The notes beneath the pieces are model-generated. The model searched no databases. It was not told where the DNA came from and saw only the letters and a list, made by a program, of their open reading frames with translations. Shown one piece after another: positions 36,801-50,927 of a stretch of 64,000 bases of DNA. The DNA is taken from assembly GCA_965285935.1 (NCBI GenBank), contig OZ260664.1:14384001-14448000 (forward strand). The letters run 5' to 3'. The DNA is from Ophelia neglecta (lineage: Eukaryota). Position numbers and translations under genes: made by a program. Numbering within the stretch: position 1 is the stretch's first letter; the number at the start of each line of letters is the position of its first letter.

Positions 36801-39800
36801 CTTCCTCTCTAATCCAAATGCATTCTCTTTACTACGCATTGGGTCATAGTTTCGGCCACATCTTAAAACAACAATCGATTTAGCTGTATAAATATGCTGT
36901 AAAATCCTTCGTTCGTTCCTTTAGGAAACCCGAATCTGATCTCAATATCTGCAGGTGGAGTATGAAAATAATTTGACTTTTGCTATAGGCCATTGCAAAA
37001 AAAGAATATTTGGATGTCACTTTTATGTCATTTGCAAACCTTGGCACTTCTATGAACTATACCCTGAAGAAGAACGGAATTATTTTGACAGCTAGGCTAA
37101 AGTGGTGAAATGTCGTTTCCATGTTTAAAAAAAAATATGCAGATGAAATCCAAGGCTTGACCTGTAGACCACATCCTTTACTGAAACAGCGCATCCTTGC
37201 CTGAGTACATGAAAGCAAGATAGCACTTGTCCTGCTAATTATACTACCCTTAAAGAAAAAGCTTTGTTGAAGATATTGACTACATGAAATCGCCTGGTTC
37301 TTCATTTAGACTGTGCGCCAGAATATGTGTTGTATTATTTCCGAAAAAGTATAAGAAAAGTCCTGGACTCTTCTTGTTGACAACGTCCGTAAAGACAGAG
37401 GAATTAGATTATCCACCATGTTTTGACAATATTAGCAGGAAAAATTCAAGGTTATTCCCGTCGACCTAAGAAAAAGGAAAATCCATGTTATTTGTTTTGA
37501 CCAGACATACCTAAAAACAGTGTCTCCTCCGGCAGATCACACTTGACAAATGTTTCCTTTTCTTTTGATTGAATATACAGTGACATTACAGGGCTCGGCC
37601 TTTAGGCCAGACGGTTGCTGACTATATTGAATGGATCTGCAATGAAAATCCTTGGCTCTTCCACTAGATTGCGCCTCGATGGCAAATAGTTTCCCCAGTG
37701 TTTTGACAACATGAGCAGATAATATCCCTGCCTCGGCCATTCGACCACTTGCTTAACACAAAACTTGGAGCCAATTCTTTTTCACCGGACATGTCATGAA
37801 ATGCATTGGTTCGTCATTTGAACAGCTTTCAGGTCCAAGCCCGTTAGGAATAAACTTGACATATCATTTTGCCCAAACAACTAGGGAAAATGATTGGTTA
37901 GTTTTTGAAGAGCGTGCTGATTGTTATACCTACAATTACAGTGTTAATCCATTGGTTCCAAATGTTAACCACAGTACACCAGGGGACATTGCTACCCATT
38001 TATTAGGAAACTCATGTTGTGTAAATCCTAGATTCGTCCTCGATGCAGGCCTTAACCTGAAAACTGTTTCTCATTTATTTGACGTGGAGTGAAAACAACC
38101 CTAGCTCGTCCTGTGGACAACACATCTGAAGAAAGCTTAGGATCATTCATATGACCACACATGTAGTTAAATTGTTGGAATTCAATTAGGCAAGGCCCTT
38201 AAAGATAGCTACATTTCCTTCAGTTGCTTTTAACTCCGATGAAAAATCCTCGACTCTTGCTTCCGACTGCGGCTGAAATTTGATTATGCTTCCATGCCTG
38301 CATTGAAAATACAAGGCTTTTCCTGTCCAACACGACCTAAAAGAAAAATACATTTCGGCCATAAAAGCGGCGAAAAACTTTGCCTCGTCCCGCAGATCAA
38401 CCTTGAAGAAACACGTCCTAATTCTTTGAATTGAACATGCAGTGACAATACAGGGTCCGTTTAGAACACATAGTATACGACAATGATGCTTGTATCTGCA
38501 ATGAAAATCCTTGGCTCTTCCCCTAGATTGCGTCCCGATTTTGCAAAAGTGATCCCGAGTGTTTTATCAACAGAAGCAGGAAATACCCCGGGCTCGGTCA
38601 GTCGTCCACGTCCCAATGAAAGACAAATCTTTGTGCCTTGTTGTGGCCATACATGCAATAATAACCCTTGGCCTGTCATGTAAACAACGATTCGAAGAAG
38701 AAAATGAATCATAGTTTCTCCCTTTGAATTCACGAGAAGTTAGATCCTCTGGCTCTTCATTTAAACGCCGCCGTAACGACAAGAAATATTTCTTCACGCT
38801 TGACACAAGTTCGGAAAGCCTTGGCTAATCGTCCTATCTTCCTCTCAAATCCAAACGCATTCTCTTCACTACGCATTGGGTCATAGTTTTGGCCACATCT
38901 TAAAAAACAATCGATTTGGCTGTATAAATATGCTGTAAAATCCTTCGTTCGTTTCTTTAGGAAACCCGAATCTGATCTCAATATCTGCGGGTGGAGTATG
39001 AAAATATATTGACTTTTGCTATAGGGCATTTCAAAAAAGAATATTTGGATGTCAGTTTTCTGTCATTGACAAACCTTGGCTTCTCCATGAACTATACCCT
39101 GAAGAAGAACGGAATTATTTTGAAAGCTAGGCAAAGGAAAATCCTCTGCTCGTCTTGCTGGTCACCTACTGTGGTGAAATGTCGCTTCCATGTTCTGAAA
39201 AAAATATGCACATGAAATCCAAGGCTTGACCTGTAGACCACACCCTTTACTGAAACAGCGCAACCTTGCCTGAGTACATGAAAGCAAGATAGCACTTGTC
39301 CTGCTAATTATACTACCCTTAAAGGAAAAGCTTTGTTGAAGATATTGACTACATGAAATCGCCTGGTTCTTCATTTAGACTGTGCGCCAGAATATGTGTT
39401 GTATTATTTCCGAAAAAGTACAAGAAAAGTCCTGGACTCTTCTTGTTGACAACGTCCGTAAAGACAGAGGAATTAGATTAGCCACAATGTTTTGACAATA
39501 TTCGCAGGAAAAAATTCAAGGTTATTCCCGTCGACCTAAGAAAAAGGAAAATCCATGTTATTTGTTTTGACCAGACATGCCTAAAACAGTGTCTCTTCCG
39601 GCCGATCACACTTTGATGAAAAACGTTTCTTATTCTTTTGATTGAGTATGCAGTGACATGACAGGGCTCGCCTTTAGACCAGATGAAAATCCGTGGCTCT
39701 TCCCCTAGATTGCGCCCCGATTGCAAACAGTTTCCCTAGTGTTTTGACAACTTAAGGCAGAGAATATCCCAGACGCGGCCAGTCGACCACTTGCTTACGA

Positions 39801-42800
39801 GAAACATTTGGGTCCAATTTCTATCCACTGGACATGTTATGAAAAGCATTGGTTCGTCGTTTGAACAGCTTCCTGGGTCAAGCCCGTTAGGGATAAACTT
39901 GACATATCATTTTGCCCAGACAACTAGGGAAAATGATTGGTTAGTTTTTCGAAGAGCGTGCTGATTGTTCTACCTACAATTACAGTGTTAATTCATTGGT
40001 TCCACATGTTAACCACGTACACCAGGGAACATTGCTACCCATTTTTTAGGAAACTCATGTGTAAATCCTAGATTCGTCCTCGATGCAGGCCTTAACCTGA
40101 AAACTGTTTCTCATTTATTTGACGTGGAGTGAAAACAGCTCTAGCTCGTCCTGTGGACAACACAACTGAAGAAAGCTTAGGATCATTCATATGACCACAC
40201 ATGTAGTTAAATTGTTGGAATTCCATTAGGCAAGGCCCTTAAAGATAACTACATTTCCTTCAGTTGATTTTAACTCCGATGAAAAATCCTCGACTCTTGC
40301 TTCCGACTGCGGCCTGAAATTTGATAATGCTTCTATGCCTTCATTGAAACTACAAGGCTCTTCCTGTCCAATACGACCTAAAAGAAAAATACATTTCGGC
40401 CATAAAAGCGGTGAAAAACTTTGCCTCGTCCCGCAGATCAACGTTGAAGAAACACGTCCTTATTCTTTGAATTGTACATGCAGTGACAATACAGGGTCCG
40501 TTTAGAACACATAGTATAAGACCATGAAGCTTCTATCTGTAATGAAAATTCTTGGCTTTTCCCCTAGATTGCGTCCCGATTGCAAAAGTGATCCCCAGTG
40601 TTTTATCAACAGAAGCAGGGAATACCCCGGGCTCGGTCAATCTTCCACGCCCCTATAAAATACAAATCAGCGTGCCTTGTTGTGGCCATACATGCAGTGA
40701 TAACCATTGACCCTTCATGTAAACAACGATTCGAAGAAGAAAATGAATCATAGTGTCTCCCTTTGAATTCACGAGAAGTTGATCCTCTGGCTCTTCATTT
40801 AAACGCCGCCGTAACGACAAGAAATATTTCTTCAGTCTTGACACAAGTTCGGAAAGCATTGCCCAGACAACTAGGGAAAATGATTGGTTAGTTTTTCGAA
40901 GAGAGTGCTGTTTATTTTACCTACAATTGCAGTGAAAATCATTGGTTCCTTTTGTTAACCACGTACACCAGGGCACATTATGACACCTTTATGAGAAACT
41001 CATGTTGTGTAAATCCTAGATTCGTCCTCGTCGCAGGCCTTAACCAGAAAACAAGTCCTCATTTATTTGACAAGAAGTGAAAAAAGCCCTAGCTCGTCTC
41101 GTGGACAACACCCGGAAGAAAGCTTTGGATCATTCATATGACCACATACGTAATAAAATTGTTGGATTTCCATTAGGCAAGGCCCTTAAAGAACCACTAC
41201 ATTTTCTTCAGTTGATTTACCTCCGATGAAATATCCCCGACGCTAGCTTTAGACAGCTTCCTGAATTTTGTTTTTGCCTCCATGCCTGCATTGAAAATAC
41301 AAGGCTCATCCTGTCCACCACGACCTAAAAGAAAAAAAACTTTCGACCATGAAAGCAGGGAAAAACTTTGGCACGTCTCGCAGATCAACCTTGAAGAAAC
41401 ACGTCCTTATTCTTTGAATTGATCAACCAATGTTAACACAGGGTTCGTTTAAAACACCCAGTATACTACTATGAGGCTTGTATCTGCAATGAAAATTCTT
41501 GGCTCTTCCCCTAGATTGCGTCCTGATTGCAAAAGTGATCCCCAGTGTTTTATCGACAGAAGCAGGGAATACCCCGGGCTCGGTCAATCTTCCACGTCCC
41601 TATGAAAGACAAATCAGCGTGCCTTGTTTTGGCTATACAGAGAGTGATAACCCTTGGCCTGTCATGTAAACAACGATACAAAGAAGAAAATGAATCAAGG
41701 TTTCCCCTTTTGACTTCACGAGAAGTTAGACTCTTTGGCTCTTCATTTAAACCCCGCCCGTAATGACAAGAAATGTTTCTTGAGTCTAGACACAAGTTCG
41801 GAAAAGCATTGGCTTTAGCTTCCATAATCTTGATTTTTCCTCCATTGAATATACAAAGCTCATCCTGTCCACCACGACCTAAAAGAAAAATCATTTCGAC
41901 CATAAAAGCTGTGAAAAACTGGCTCGTCCCGCAGATCAACCTTGAAGAAACACGTCCTTATTCTTTGAATTGTACAAGCAGTGACAATACAGGGTCCGTT
42001 TAGAACACCCAGTATACGACTATGAGGCGACACATTTCTTAGGAAACTCATGTTGTATAAATCCAAGATTTGTCCTCGGTTCAGGCCTCGGAAACAGTTC
42101 CTCATTTATTTGACATAAGGTGAAAACAGCCCTAACTCGTCCCGATGACAACACTTTTGAACAAAGCTTTGGATCACTCAGATGACCACATGTAGTAAAA
42201 TTGTTGGATTTTCTTTAGGCAAGGCCCTTAAAGAATAACTACATTTCCATCAGATAATTTTCCTCCGACTCTGGCTTTAGACCTCTTCCTGAAATTTGAT
42301 AATGCCTCCATGCCTGCATTGAAAATACAAGGCTCATCCTGTCCACCACGGCCTTAAAGAAAAATACATTTCGACCACAAAAGCGGTGAAAACTTTGGCT
42401 CGTTCGGCAGATCAACCTTGAAGAAAATCGTCCTTATTCTTTGAATTGAACAACCAATGTTAATACAGGGTCCGTTTAGGACACACAATATAGTACTATG
42501 AGGCTTGTAACTGCAATGAAAATCCTTGGTTCTTCCCCTGAATTTCGTCCTGATTGCAAGTGTTCTCCAGTGTTTTATCAACAGAAGCAGGGAATACCCC
42601 GGTCTCAGTCAATCCTCTACTTCCCTATGAAAGACAAATCTGCGTGCTTTGTTGTGGCAATACATGTAGTGATAACCCTTGGCCTGTCGTGTAAACAACT
42701 ATTCAAAGAAGAACATGAATCAAGGGTCGGAAAAGCATTTGTTAATCGTCTTAACTTCCTCTCTAATCCAAACCCATTCTCTTCACTACGCATTGGGTCA

Positions 42801-45800
42801 GGGTTTCGGCCACATCTTAAAACAACAATCGATTGCGCTGCATAGATATAATTGTAAAATCCTTCGTTCGTTCCTTTAGGAAACTGCAGGTGGAATATGA
42901 AAATAATTTGGCTATTGCTACTAGTACAGGAAAACACTCGTTCTGTTGACCACGTCCGAAAAGAACAAATGGAAAAATGTTTTGCCTACTCGTTTGGTCC
43001 AATAATGGCTCGTCGTCCTAGATTCGTCCTAAAAATATTACCTCTATCCTCGCTATGAAAAGAAAGTCTGCGTCAATTTTTCGGGAAAACCTATGTCCTG
43101 TCGTGCATACGAAGCTTTTACGAAAAAGTGTCACTCATTATTTTGACCACACGTCTTGATTTGTCATTTATACAACGCCCTAATTGATTTTGAGAAAAAA
43201 AAGCTCCACCATTCTTTTGACTTTACATGTCCTTAGACTACGCCCTAATGGAACGATAGACCCCTGATAGAGAAAAGCAGTCAATTGTTTGTATGCCTTG
43301 ACATCTAGATTGATTCCATGACATGTCCTGTAGACCAAACCAATGAAAAAGCATCCAGGCCTTGTATTTTGATTTATAATAAGCGATAATGATTTGCTTA
43401 TCTTGTGTACCTTCAATAACCACCGTGCCTTATTTTTAGACTCTTCATGCAGTGCAAATAATTGGCTCCTCCTGCATACCATGCAACGGCCCTTATGGAA
43501 AACCTATCATTTGGGAGAAAATCTTATGATCATCGGGAGGACACGTGTTCAAAATACACCTCTTCTTCGCCCCAAAAGAAAATAAAAAAGTCGGTTCAGT
43601 CATTTGACAACAAAGCAGGGACATTTCGTGACGTTTCCTTAAGGCTGCACCCCGCAAAGAATAAAATGTCACCCTTATTTCGGAATCTAGCGCGGCAAAA
43701 ATCCTTGGCTCGTCTTGTTGATTATTCCGGAACCGATACACAGTGACTCCTTCTTGTTCATTGATAGTCCTATCTAGCGCAATTCCGTGATTAGATCTGT
43801 AGGGCATGATTTGAAGAAAAAACTGATCATATTATTAAGACTGCATTTGAAGTGACTTCCTCGAGCCATCATTTGTTCACATATGCAATGACATATCGTC
43901 TCTGGCGCTGTTGAACATATCCGATATGAAAACATTCAGTTCTTCATTTACAGTACGCTCAATTTTTTGGACAACAGACTGCAAATAACTAGGCTCATCC
44001 GGTAGACCATGCTATGAAAATATGCGTCTTATTCGTTTGATGGACGTGCCATGAACTTGTTTGGATTGTCCTTTATCTCACGCCTATGACAAACAACCGT
44101 CTCTGGCGCTGTTTAAGGCAATAAACATTCCGCTCTTCATAAAAGTTGCGCTCCGAAAACAAATTGACCCTACTTTCGAACAATAGACTCAGAGAATACC
44201 TAGGTTCCAGTAGAACACGCCATGAGAAAAAACTACTGGCACTTGATTACATGCAGGGAAACCCATGCCATACATACCATGTTTTCGTGAAAAAGTGTCT
44301 CCCCCATTTTTGACTACACATGTCCTAGCTCTCGATTCACCTTGATGTTGTGCTCCCGAAGAAAATATACCATTCTTAATAGACAAAAGACTCAGCTAAA
44401 CAGTAGGCTCTTCCGGTACAATGAACCGTGGACCCTTGGTCAGACCACCCATATAGGGAAAGCATTTTAACTACAAGCACTACAATGTCACCTTTATTCG
44501 GAGACTAACGCGGGAAAACTGTTTCTGTCCTCCTTGACAACCCCGCTACAGAAAATACTTCTTTTGCTTTGCATCTAGCACAATTCCTTGAAAGGTCCTA
44601 TAGTTCACACATATGAAAAAGCAAGGTCTTATACTTGAATAGATATGCAGCGAAAAAATCTTCATGACGCGGCCTACTTGCAAGTACAAAAGTTCCTAAT
44701 TCATTTGACAACGCTTGGAGGAAATATACATAGCTCGTGCTGAACTGGTCAATTTTCTACTGACTATCTCCAGACTCCTTGGCCCTTTATTGAGACGGAG
44801 CCATTACCCCGCCATAAGGATTGGTCATATATTCATCTGAATACGTCAAGCTTAAGGAACAATCATGGCGCCTTCAGTTGATTTTAACGGCGATGATGTT
44901 TAACCGCTCTCGCTTTATAGCTGTGCTTAGAATAATATATGTTGCCTCTATCAGCCAGGGCAAGCAGGGAAAATCCAACGCTCGTTTTGTGGAAAATGCC
45001 TCAAGTAAAACCTTACACCATTTTTTGCCTGCAACCGCAGAGAAAATCCTAGACCCGTTCGGTAGACCGCGCTCTGACGAAAACGCCTCGTATTATTGTG
45101 GCTTCTTCTATGAATCGTTTGGCTCGTTCATCCACAATGAAGAAAAAAAATTGCCTCTTCCTTTAGGGGGAGTTATGGAATAACCCCCCCCCCCCTCAGT
45201 TGGACAACAGACCCCACAAATAAGTAGGCTTGTCTGGAAGTAAGTATCAGAAGAGACGCCGTCCCTTGATTAAACCCCCCTTGCGGGGGAAGCGATGTCA
45301 TGTCATGCATCCAACGTTTCTAACGTTTCAACGAGAAAATAATTTCACCAATTCTTTTGACCAAACATGCCATAGGTCGTCATTTAGACTACGCCTTAAA
45401 ATAAAAGAAAAACTTTGCCTTGGTCATTTCAAAACGTAGGCAGGACACATCTTGGCGGTTCCTTTAGGCTGCATTCGAAAATCAGTACAAGGATCCCTTT
45501 ATTTCGGAAACTAGGACGGGGAGAATTCTTTGCTTGCTTCGCTTACCACCCCGATACAGAAAGGGTGAATTCTAGTCATGTGACTAGACCTGTAAACGAC
45601 GACACTTCAAAAACCATAAGGTCTCATTAGAATACATATGCAGCAAAAATATTGCTCACCCTGTGTACTTTAGAGAGTATCTTATTGTTAGTCTCCTCAT
45701 GCATTGCAAATTCTTGGCTCGTCCTGCAAATAACGCCGAATAGGACACACGTTGAGAGCATCAAAGGCCCATGACGCCGATTAAATGCTCGGAAAACCGT

Positions 45801-47600
45801 TCATAATTGATACCACTAGATAAAAATATCCTGAACACTTGCTGAACTGATCACTTGTCTAATGATGGTATCTGAAAAATACCTTTCGCCCTTCATTTAG
45901 GCTGTGCCGTGACATTAAAGGTGCTGAGCGTTTTGGCTATACATGTAGGAAGCATCCAAGGTTCGTCCTCTAGGACACTGCCCTAAGGAGAGGTATCAGG
46001 TTTTCTTTATACTTCAATATTAAAGAAGAACAATGTCGCCTTCATTTGATTTTATCTGCTTTGATAGATAGCCATTTCGTCTTCAGTTATTTAAATGCTA
46101 TGATAATCCTCCTGCCGCCTTCAGTTGATAAGGTCTGCTTTGAAAATCCTCGACTGTGGCGTTATACTGTGCTTTGTATAATACGGGTTGCCTCTATCAA
46201 ACAATACCAGCAGGGAAAAGCCAACGTTCGTTTGACGACCAAGTTCTAAAACCCTAATCGTTTTTTTGTCCCCGCATGCAGGGAAAATCGTAGGACCATC
46301 ACGAAGACAATGTTTTAATAAAATCGCCCATTATTGCTATGGACGCTCATGGAATGCAATTGTTTGGCTCGTTTTTGAGCAGAAATTTTCCGGCGCTGTT
46401 GAACATATTCGCAAAGAACACATTTGGATCTTCCTTTAGTTTGTGATCCGGAAAAAAATGGACAACCGACTCGACAAATAAGTAGGCTCGTCCAGTAGAA
46501 TTTACCATGATGGATTGCTGTTGCCCCTTGATTCGACCAACCTTGCAGGGATAAACCAAGTCCTGTCTTGCATTCCATATGTTGAGAAATAAATTACCAA
46601 TTGATAGTGTCAACAAATCGTCCCAAGAAATTATTCCCTTAATAATGCTGGGCTCTTAAAAACACATGTTGCCTATGTCAGACAACAGTAGCATGAAAAA
46701 TCCAACGCCCTATTGAAGACCAAGGCCTCCAAAAATAACCTCCTATCAATGATTGGCCAGATATGCAGAGAAATTGAATGTTCGTCCCCTAGACCACCCT
46801 TTGAAGGACAACGTCTTTTATCCATTCTGTATATGCAAGGAAGTTGATTGGCTCATCCTGTTGCTCTATCATGAAGAACTGTCCTCTCTGGCACTGTTGA
46901 ACATATCTGCAATGAAATGTTTGCTTCGCCCTTGTGGCGCTACTTAAAAAATGTGACCTATAATTTGGACAAGGGACCCTTGATTGTTTAAGCTCGTCAT
47001 TTAGACCACGCTCGAACAGAAATTAAGAAAAATATTGCCTTAGTCATTTGACAACGTAGGCTTTCTTTAGACTATGCCATTATAGAAATATTTCTCAGGG
47101 TTTCGTAAATACATGTAGAAGCATTCCTTACTCATCCAGTAGAACACTGGCTTTAGGAAAGTTTTTCTTTTTGCCTCAATCTTTACGAACAGTCACGTTC
47201 TTTCAGTTGTTTGTTCTTCTATGATAATCTTCTACTCTCGCTTTAAGCTGTACCATGAACAGAAAATGATGTTTTGTCAGACAATACTAGCAGGGAAAAT
47301 CCAGCGCCCCGTTTGGTAGACAAAGACCTCAAAGGAAAACCTTGGATCATGGTTTTGCCCAAACCTGCAGAGAATATCGTAGGCTCGTCCCATAGACCAC
47401 GCTTCGAAAGAAACGCCCCGTATTCGTATTCGCCCTTCAGCTCGAACCTATGAAGACCAACCGTCCCCTTTATTTTGGAAACTAGCATAGAGAAATTCAC
47501 TGGCTGATCTTGTTGACCACACGCGTAAAGAACGAAGTGGAAAATTCCGTTGCATTGACATCTATGGTACTTACCTCGGTCGTCCTCAATGCTGCTATCT
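33900..47600. repeat. Second complex repeat array built from a degenerate ~65-80-bp monomer (aaa..cttggctcgtcc.gtagaccacg), with nested 0.5-2.6-kb duplications
   Basis: The motif ggctc(g/t/a)tc recurs throughout. Block gcctgcattgaaaatacaaggctc at ~35696, 36261, 38296, 40337, 41284, 41845, 42312. Block cactggacatgttatgaaaagcattgg at ~35185, 37783, 39826. Older ~1.1-1.25-kb repeats at ~44914/46162/47243. The outer boundaries are approximate. Confidence 0.9.
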
Positions 47601-50600
47601 TAGAATAAGGAGACGGTACTCGCTTTCCATTTTGCAAGATACTTCGATTAGATTCATACTTCTTCTAGCCGTCAGACTATATACAGGCACTACCTCTGCG
47701 AATGCAAATATACAATTAAGGAAAAACAGTAATGCTAACAACCAAGAAATTCGTTTCTGAATAAAAGGAAATATGTATTCACTATCCTTGCCAGGGCTCC
47801 ACATAGACACTAATCTACAGAAACTGTTTCTTTTGTCATTGACGTTCTTTTCCTACTCGAATTATTAAGATCATATAGCGTCATTTCTACTATGCAGTAA
47901 TTTTACTAGCGTTTGTCAATCACCTACTGGCATTCGAACATAACGCCCTGTGCAATAAAATTCCGGTCATTCCGTGCTACATAGTGGGTTTTTGTTCGTG
48001 ACATAGCCCGTTGTGCTCAGCTATTTATCTCATGATACCAGACAGAACAACGGGAGTTAGAAAAACAATGGTTGCAAGGCCCTCCACATTTAACCATCTC
48101 TGTGGTAGCAGTTCGTTCGAACGTATATCCCAAGCATACTACTCCCATACGTGTTTTGATACTGATGGAGGTTCGGGGATATTACACATTTATCCATACA
48201 TAATAACTTTTCAATGTTATACCAAACAGGGAATCTTGAAGTTATCATCATTGATGCCCTTCGCATGTGTAGTTAAACAAGTACTCGTTCTTCCGGGTTA
48301 ACCACAAGGTCTTCAGCATTTATAAATATCTCAATTATCCACATGAATGTGTCAATATGTTCCTCCCCATTATGATACATGTAACCCGACTAGAGAATTT
48401 AATTGTTTTTTTCTTTGAATGTCGCCGTTATGTTTGTACAGGTACCCCGTCACGAGAGGCTTATCACTTCTCATGTATTTAACGATATTTCGATTTCGAT
48501 TTACATGAAAAGTGCATTTTTATTACTGCCGTGCTAGCCACTACATTGGCTACCAGACTTCACTTTCATACTACCAGCCCAACTTAGGAATAATTTTTTT
48601 TTGACTTTTGCCCATACCTTTAGGCACACACGCACGCATGTTATTGTAAATCTCGAAATGCTATGTCTATGCTTGAACTATTATATGTGTTCTTATACTG
48701 ACAAATCGGACTGTTCATTCAATTGTTGAGTTTCGACTTTTTTTAACTTTAAGTTACTTCATTACTACCGGCAGTACTGAATGTCAAATGGTCTAAGTAA
48801 TGTCCAATGTTAAGTATTCCGCTTAACAGTTCATTCGTGCCCCAGGATTATAATTCCTATGGGTTTATTGACTCTGATTATTTATTGTTATATAAAGCCG
48901 AGTCACTTTTTGTTCACGACCATATTTAACAATTTGGCATTTACCTATTTATAATACCAGCACCTTAGTCGATTGCGGTATTATTAGTAAAACATGTTCT
49001 AGTTGAACGCTTAATAGTAAAAAGATAGTATCATTTGAGTTCAGGGATAACAAAAATACGTACAAATCCTTTACCATGGCCCATGTATAGGATATTACGT
49101 ACTGTTTACACCATGCCTAAGTGGCTGAAAGGTATGCAAAATGTGGCGGACAATTCTCTGATAATGGTTGCAATATTATTAAAAGATTGCTCTAACCTTT
49201 GTTTCTAACATTGCCTCTAGCCAAGAAAATGAAATGCAGAAGAGGCTAGCTATCTGTCAGTGATGACGAATACAAACGTGCACACATCTGTGGTGTCAAA
49301 GGGTTAAAGTGAGAGCCGGTGGGTTCTACGATGTGAAGCACTTTATTATTTAAATTATCAATATTGGCATGTATTATGAAACGAATTCAAATACTTACCA
49401 CGAGACCAATAGCAATAATGATAAACTATATGTTGTCCCTTGTTCCGTGGGTAACAATTGTGGAACAGAACTCAGCGAGATAACGCTTATTCTTCAAGTT
49501 GCTGATATGCAACAGGGAAAGAAAACTCTGGTCTGAATTTGAAAAGGAAAATAATACGAGAACATGTCTTGTAACTACATTTCAGTCAAACTAATGCTGT
49601 TAAAATTACAAATTGAGTTGAATATGGTAGAGCTGTTTAGCCCTTATCCATATACATGATATACGTCTATCGCTGCAGTGACACCACCCCTTCTGGGCAG
49701 TTTGTACAGGGAGGCTGGTTTATAACTCAGTCCTCTGTGCGATCTCTTTGAAGGACAACGGTGTTACGAACAATAAATAAATAATTATAGACTTACTTTT
49801 TTATGTTCAGTTTTATTAAATAGAAATTATTATATATATTTTATCCGCGGCAGTGTTTGTTCTTACTTACCTGAAATTGTTCTAAGTAAGCAAGTTTATT
49901 GTAAAAATGTATCTGTTTTTGTATGACTGGATAGAAAAAAAGAACGAATCGTATATGGTACTTATCTCTGATAAAAGATAATATCAGATTTTTTTATGCA
50001 ATTTTTAAACAAATATATTTTTCAATTGTATCGCCAAATTGAACATCGGAAGCAAACATCAATTTTTCGCCTTTTCTTTCTTAAATGGGTCTACTTGATT
50101 TGCTTATTTATAATCAAAATAAGGCGAAATAAAAGGCTAGAGTTTGTTTCAAACTCTCGAAAAGTGAAAATAACATTTTAATAAAGCTAATGGCAAAATA
50201 ATATATAAAAACACCCATACAATCACCATACAACCCTCAACAAAAACATTTTTCATACGACCACGGAGGAAAACATCATAAAAACCCTCCACCATTAACC
50301 TAAAAGCACTGATTATCACCTTCTTTCAGAAGTCACTATTTGCTGTACTCTGTTATTTGATAATTATTTTCATTACTCACTCATTGGTTGTCTACTTTGA
50401 CATATTTCTTAATCGGACCAATCTTGGTTTGACTTTGCGACGGGTAATTTTGCAACAGACATGCTTATTATTATTGCATGCTTATTATTATTGGTTGGGG
50501 GCGGAGAGCTTGCGTTTCTTAATGACACGTGCAATTTGCATTGTTGAATACGACTGTGTCACACAACTTTGTTTGAAATCCTTCTTACAACTGTGACCAA

Positions 50601-50614
50601 TGTGCATTATGACC

Positions 50615-50927
50615 ACAAAAGCGTGACCGAGTGGTTAGAGCGTCCACCTCGCAAGTGGTAGATCGGGGTTAAAATCCCGATCACGTCAAACCCAAGACGA
50701 TGAAATGGGCACTAATAGCTCCCCTGCCAGGCGCCCAGCATTTCGGGGGTAGTATCAGGACTGATCAACCCGCTGTCAGTATAATGTGACTGGGTGGTTT
50801 CCGGCAGGAACTCCAGCGAGGCAGCAGTATAAAGAGGGCTTCGAACCCACGGTCACAGGTAGACACCGTGCTGGGAATTACAACAATGCTCGATATAACT
50901 CGCCTTTATCTCAAGAGCAACCAATCA
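50615..50927 (+). mobile_element. tRNA-derived SINE, central region resembling the Meta/MESC domain
   Basis: A-box TGACCGAGTGG (50624) and B-box-like GGTTAAAATCCC (50667), then aagac...aaatgg...ctcccctgccaggcgcccagca and gtcagtataatgtgactgggtg. The family assignment is from memory of invertebrate SINE consensus sequences, not from a search. Confidence 0.75.

Noticed and set aside
35600-47500. Minus-strand repeat protein with DEPRIF-like motif, or hammerhead-like GACGAG...GAAA
   Set aside because: Monomer spacing is irregular and often not a multiple of 3, the ORFs are all short, and the motif shifts frame. The sequence reads GGACGAG, not CUGACGAG, and lacks ribozyme stems.
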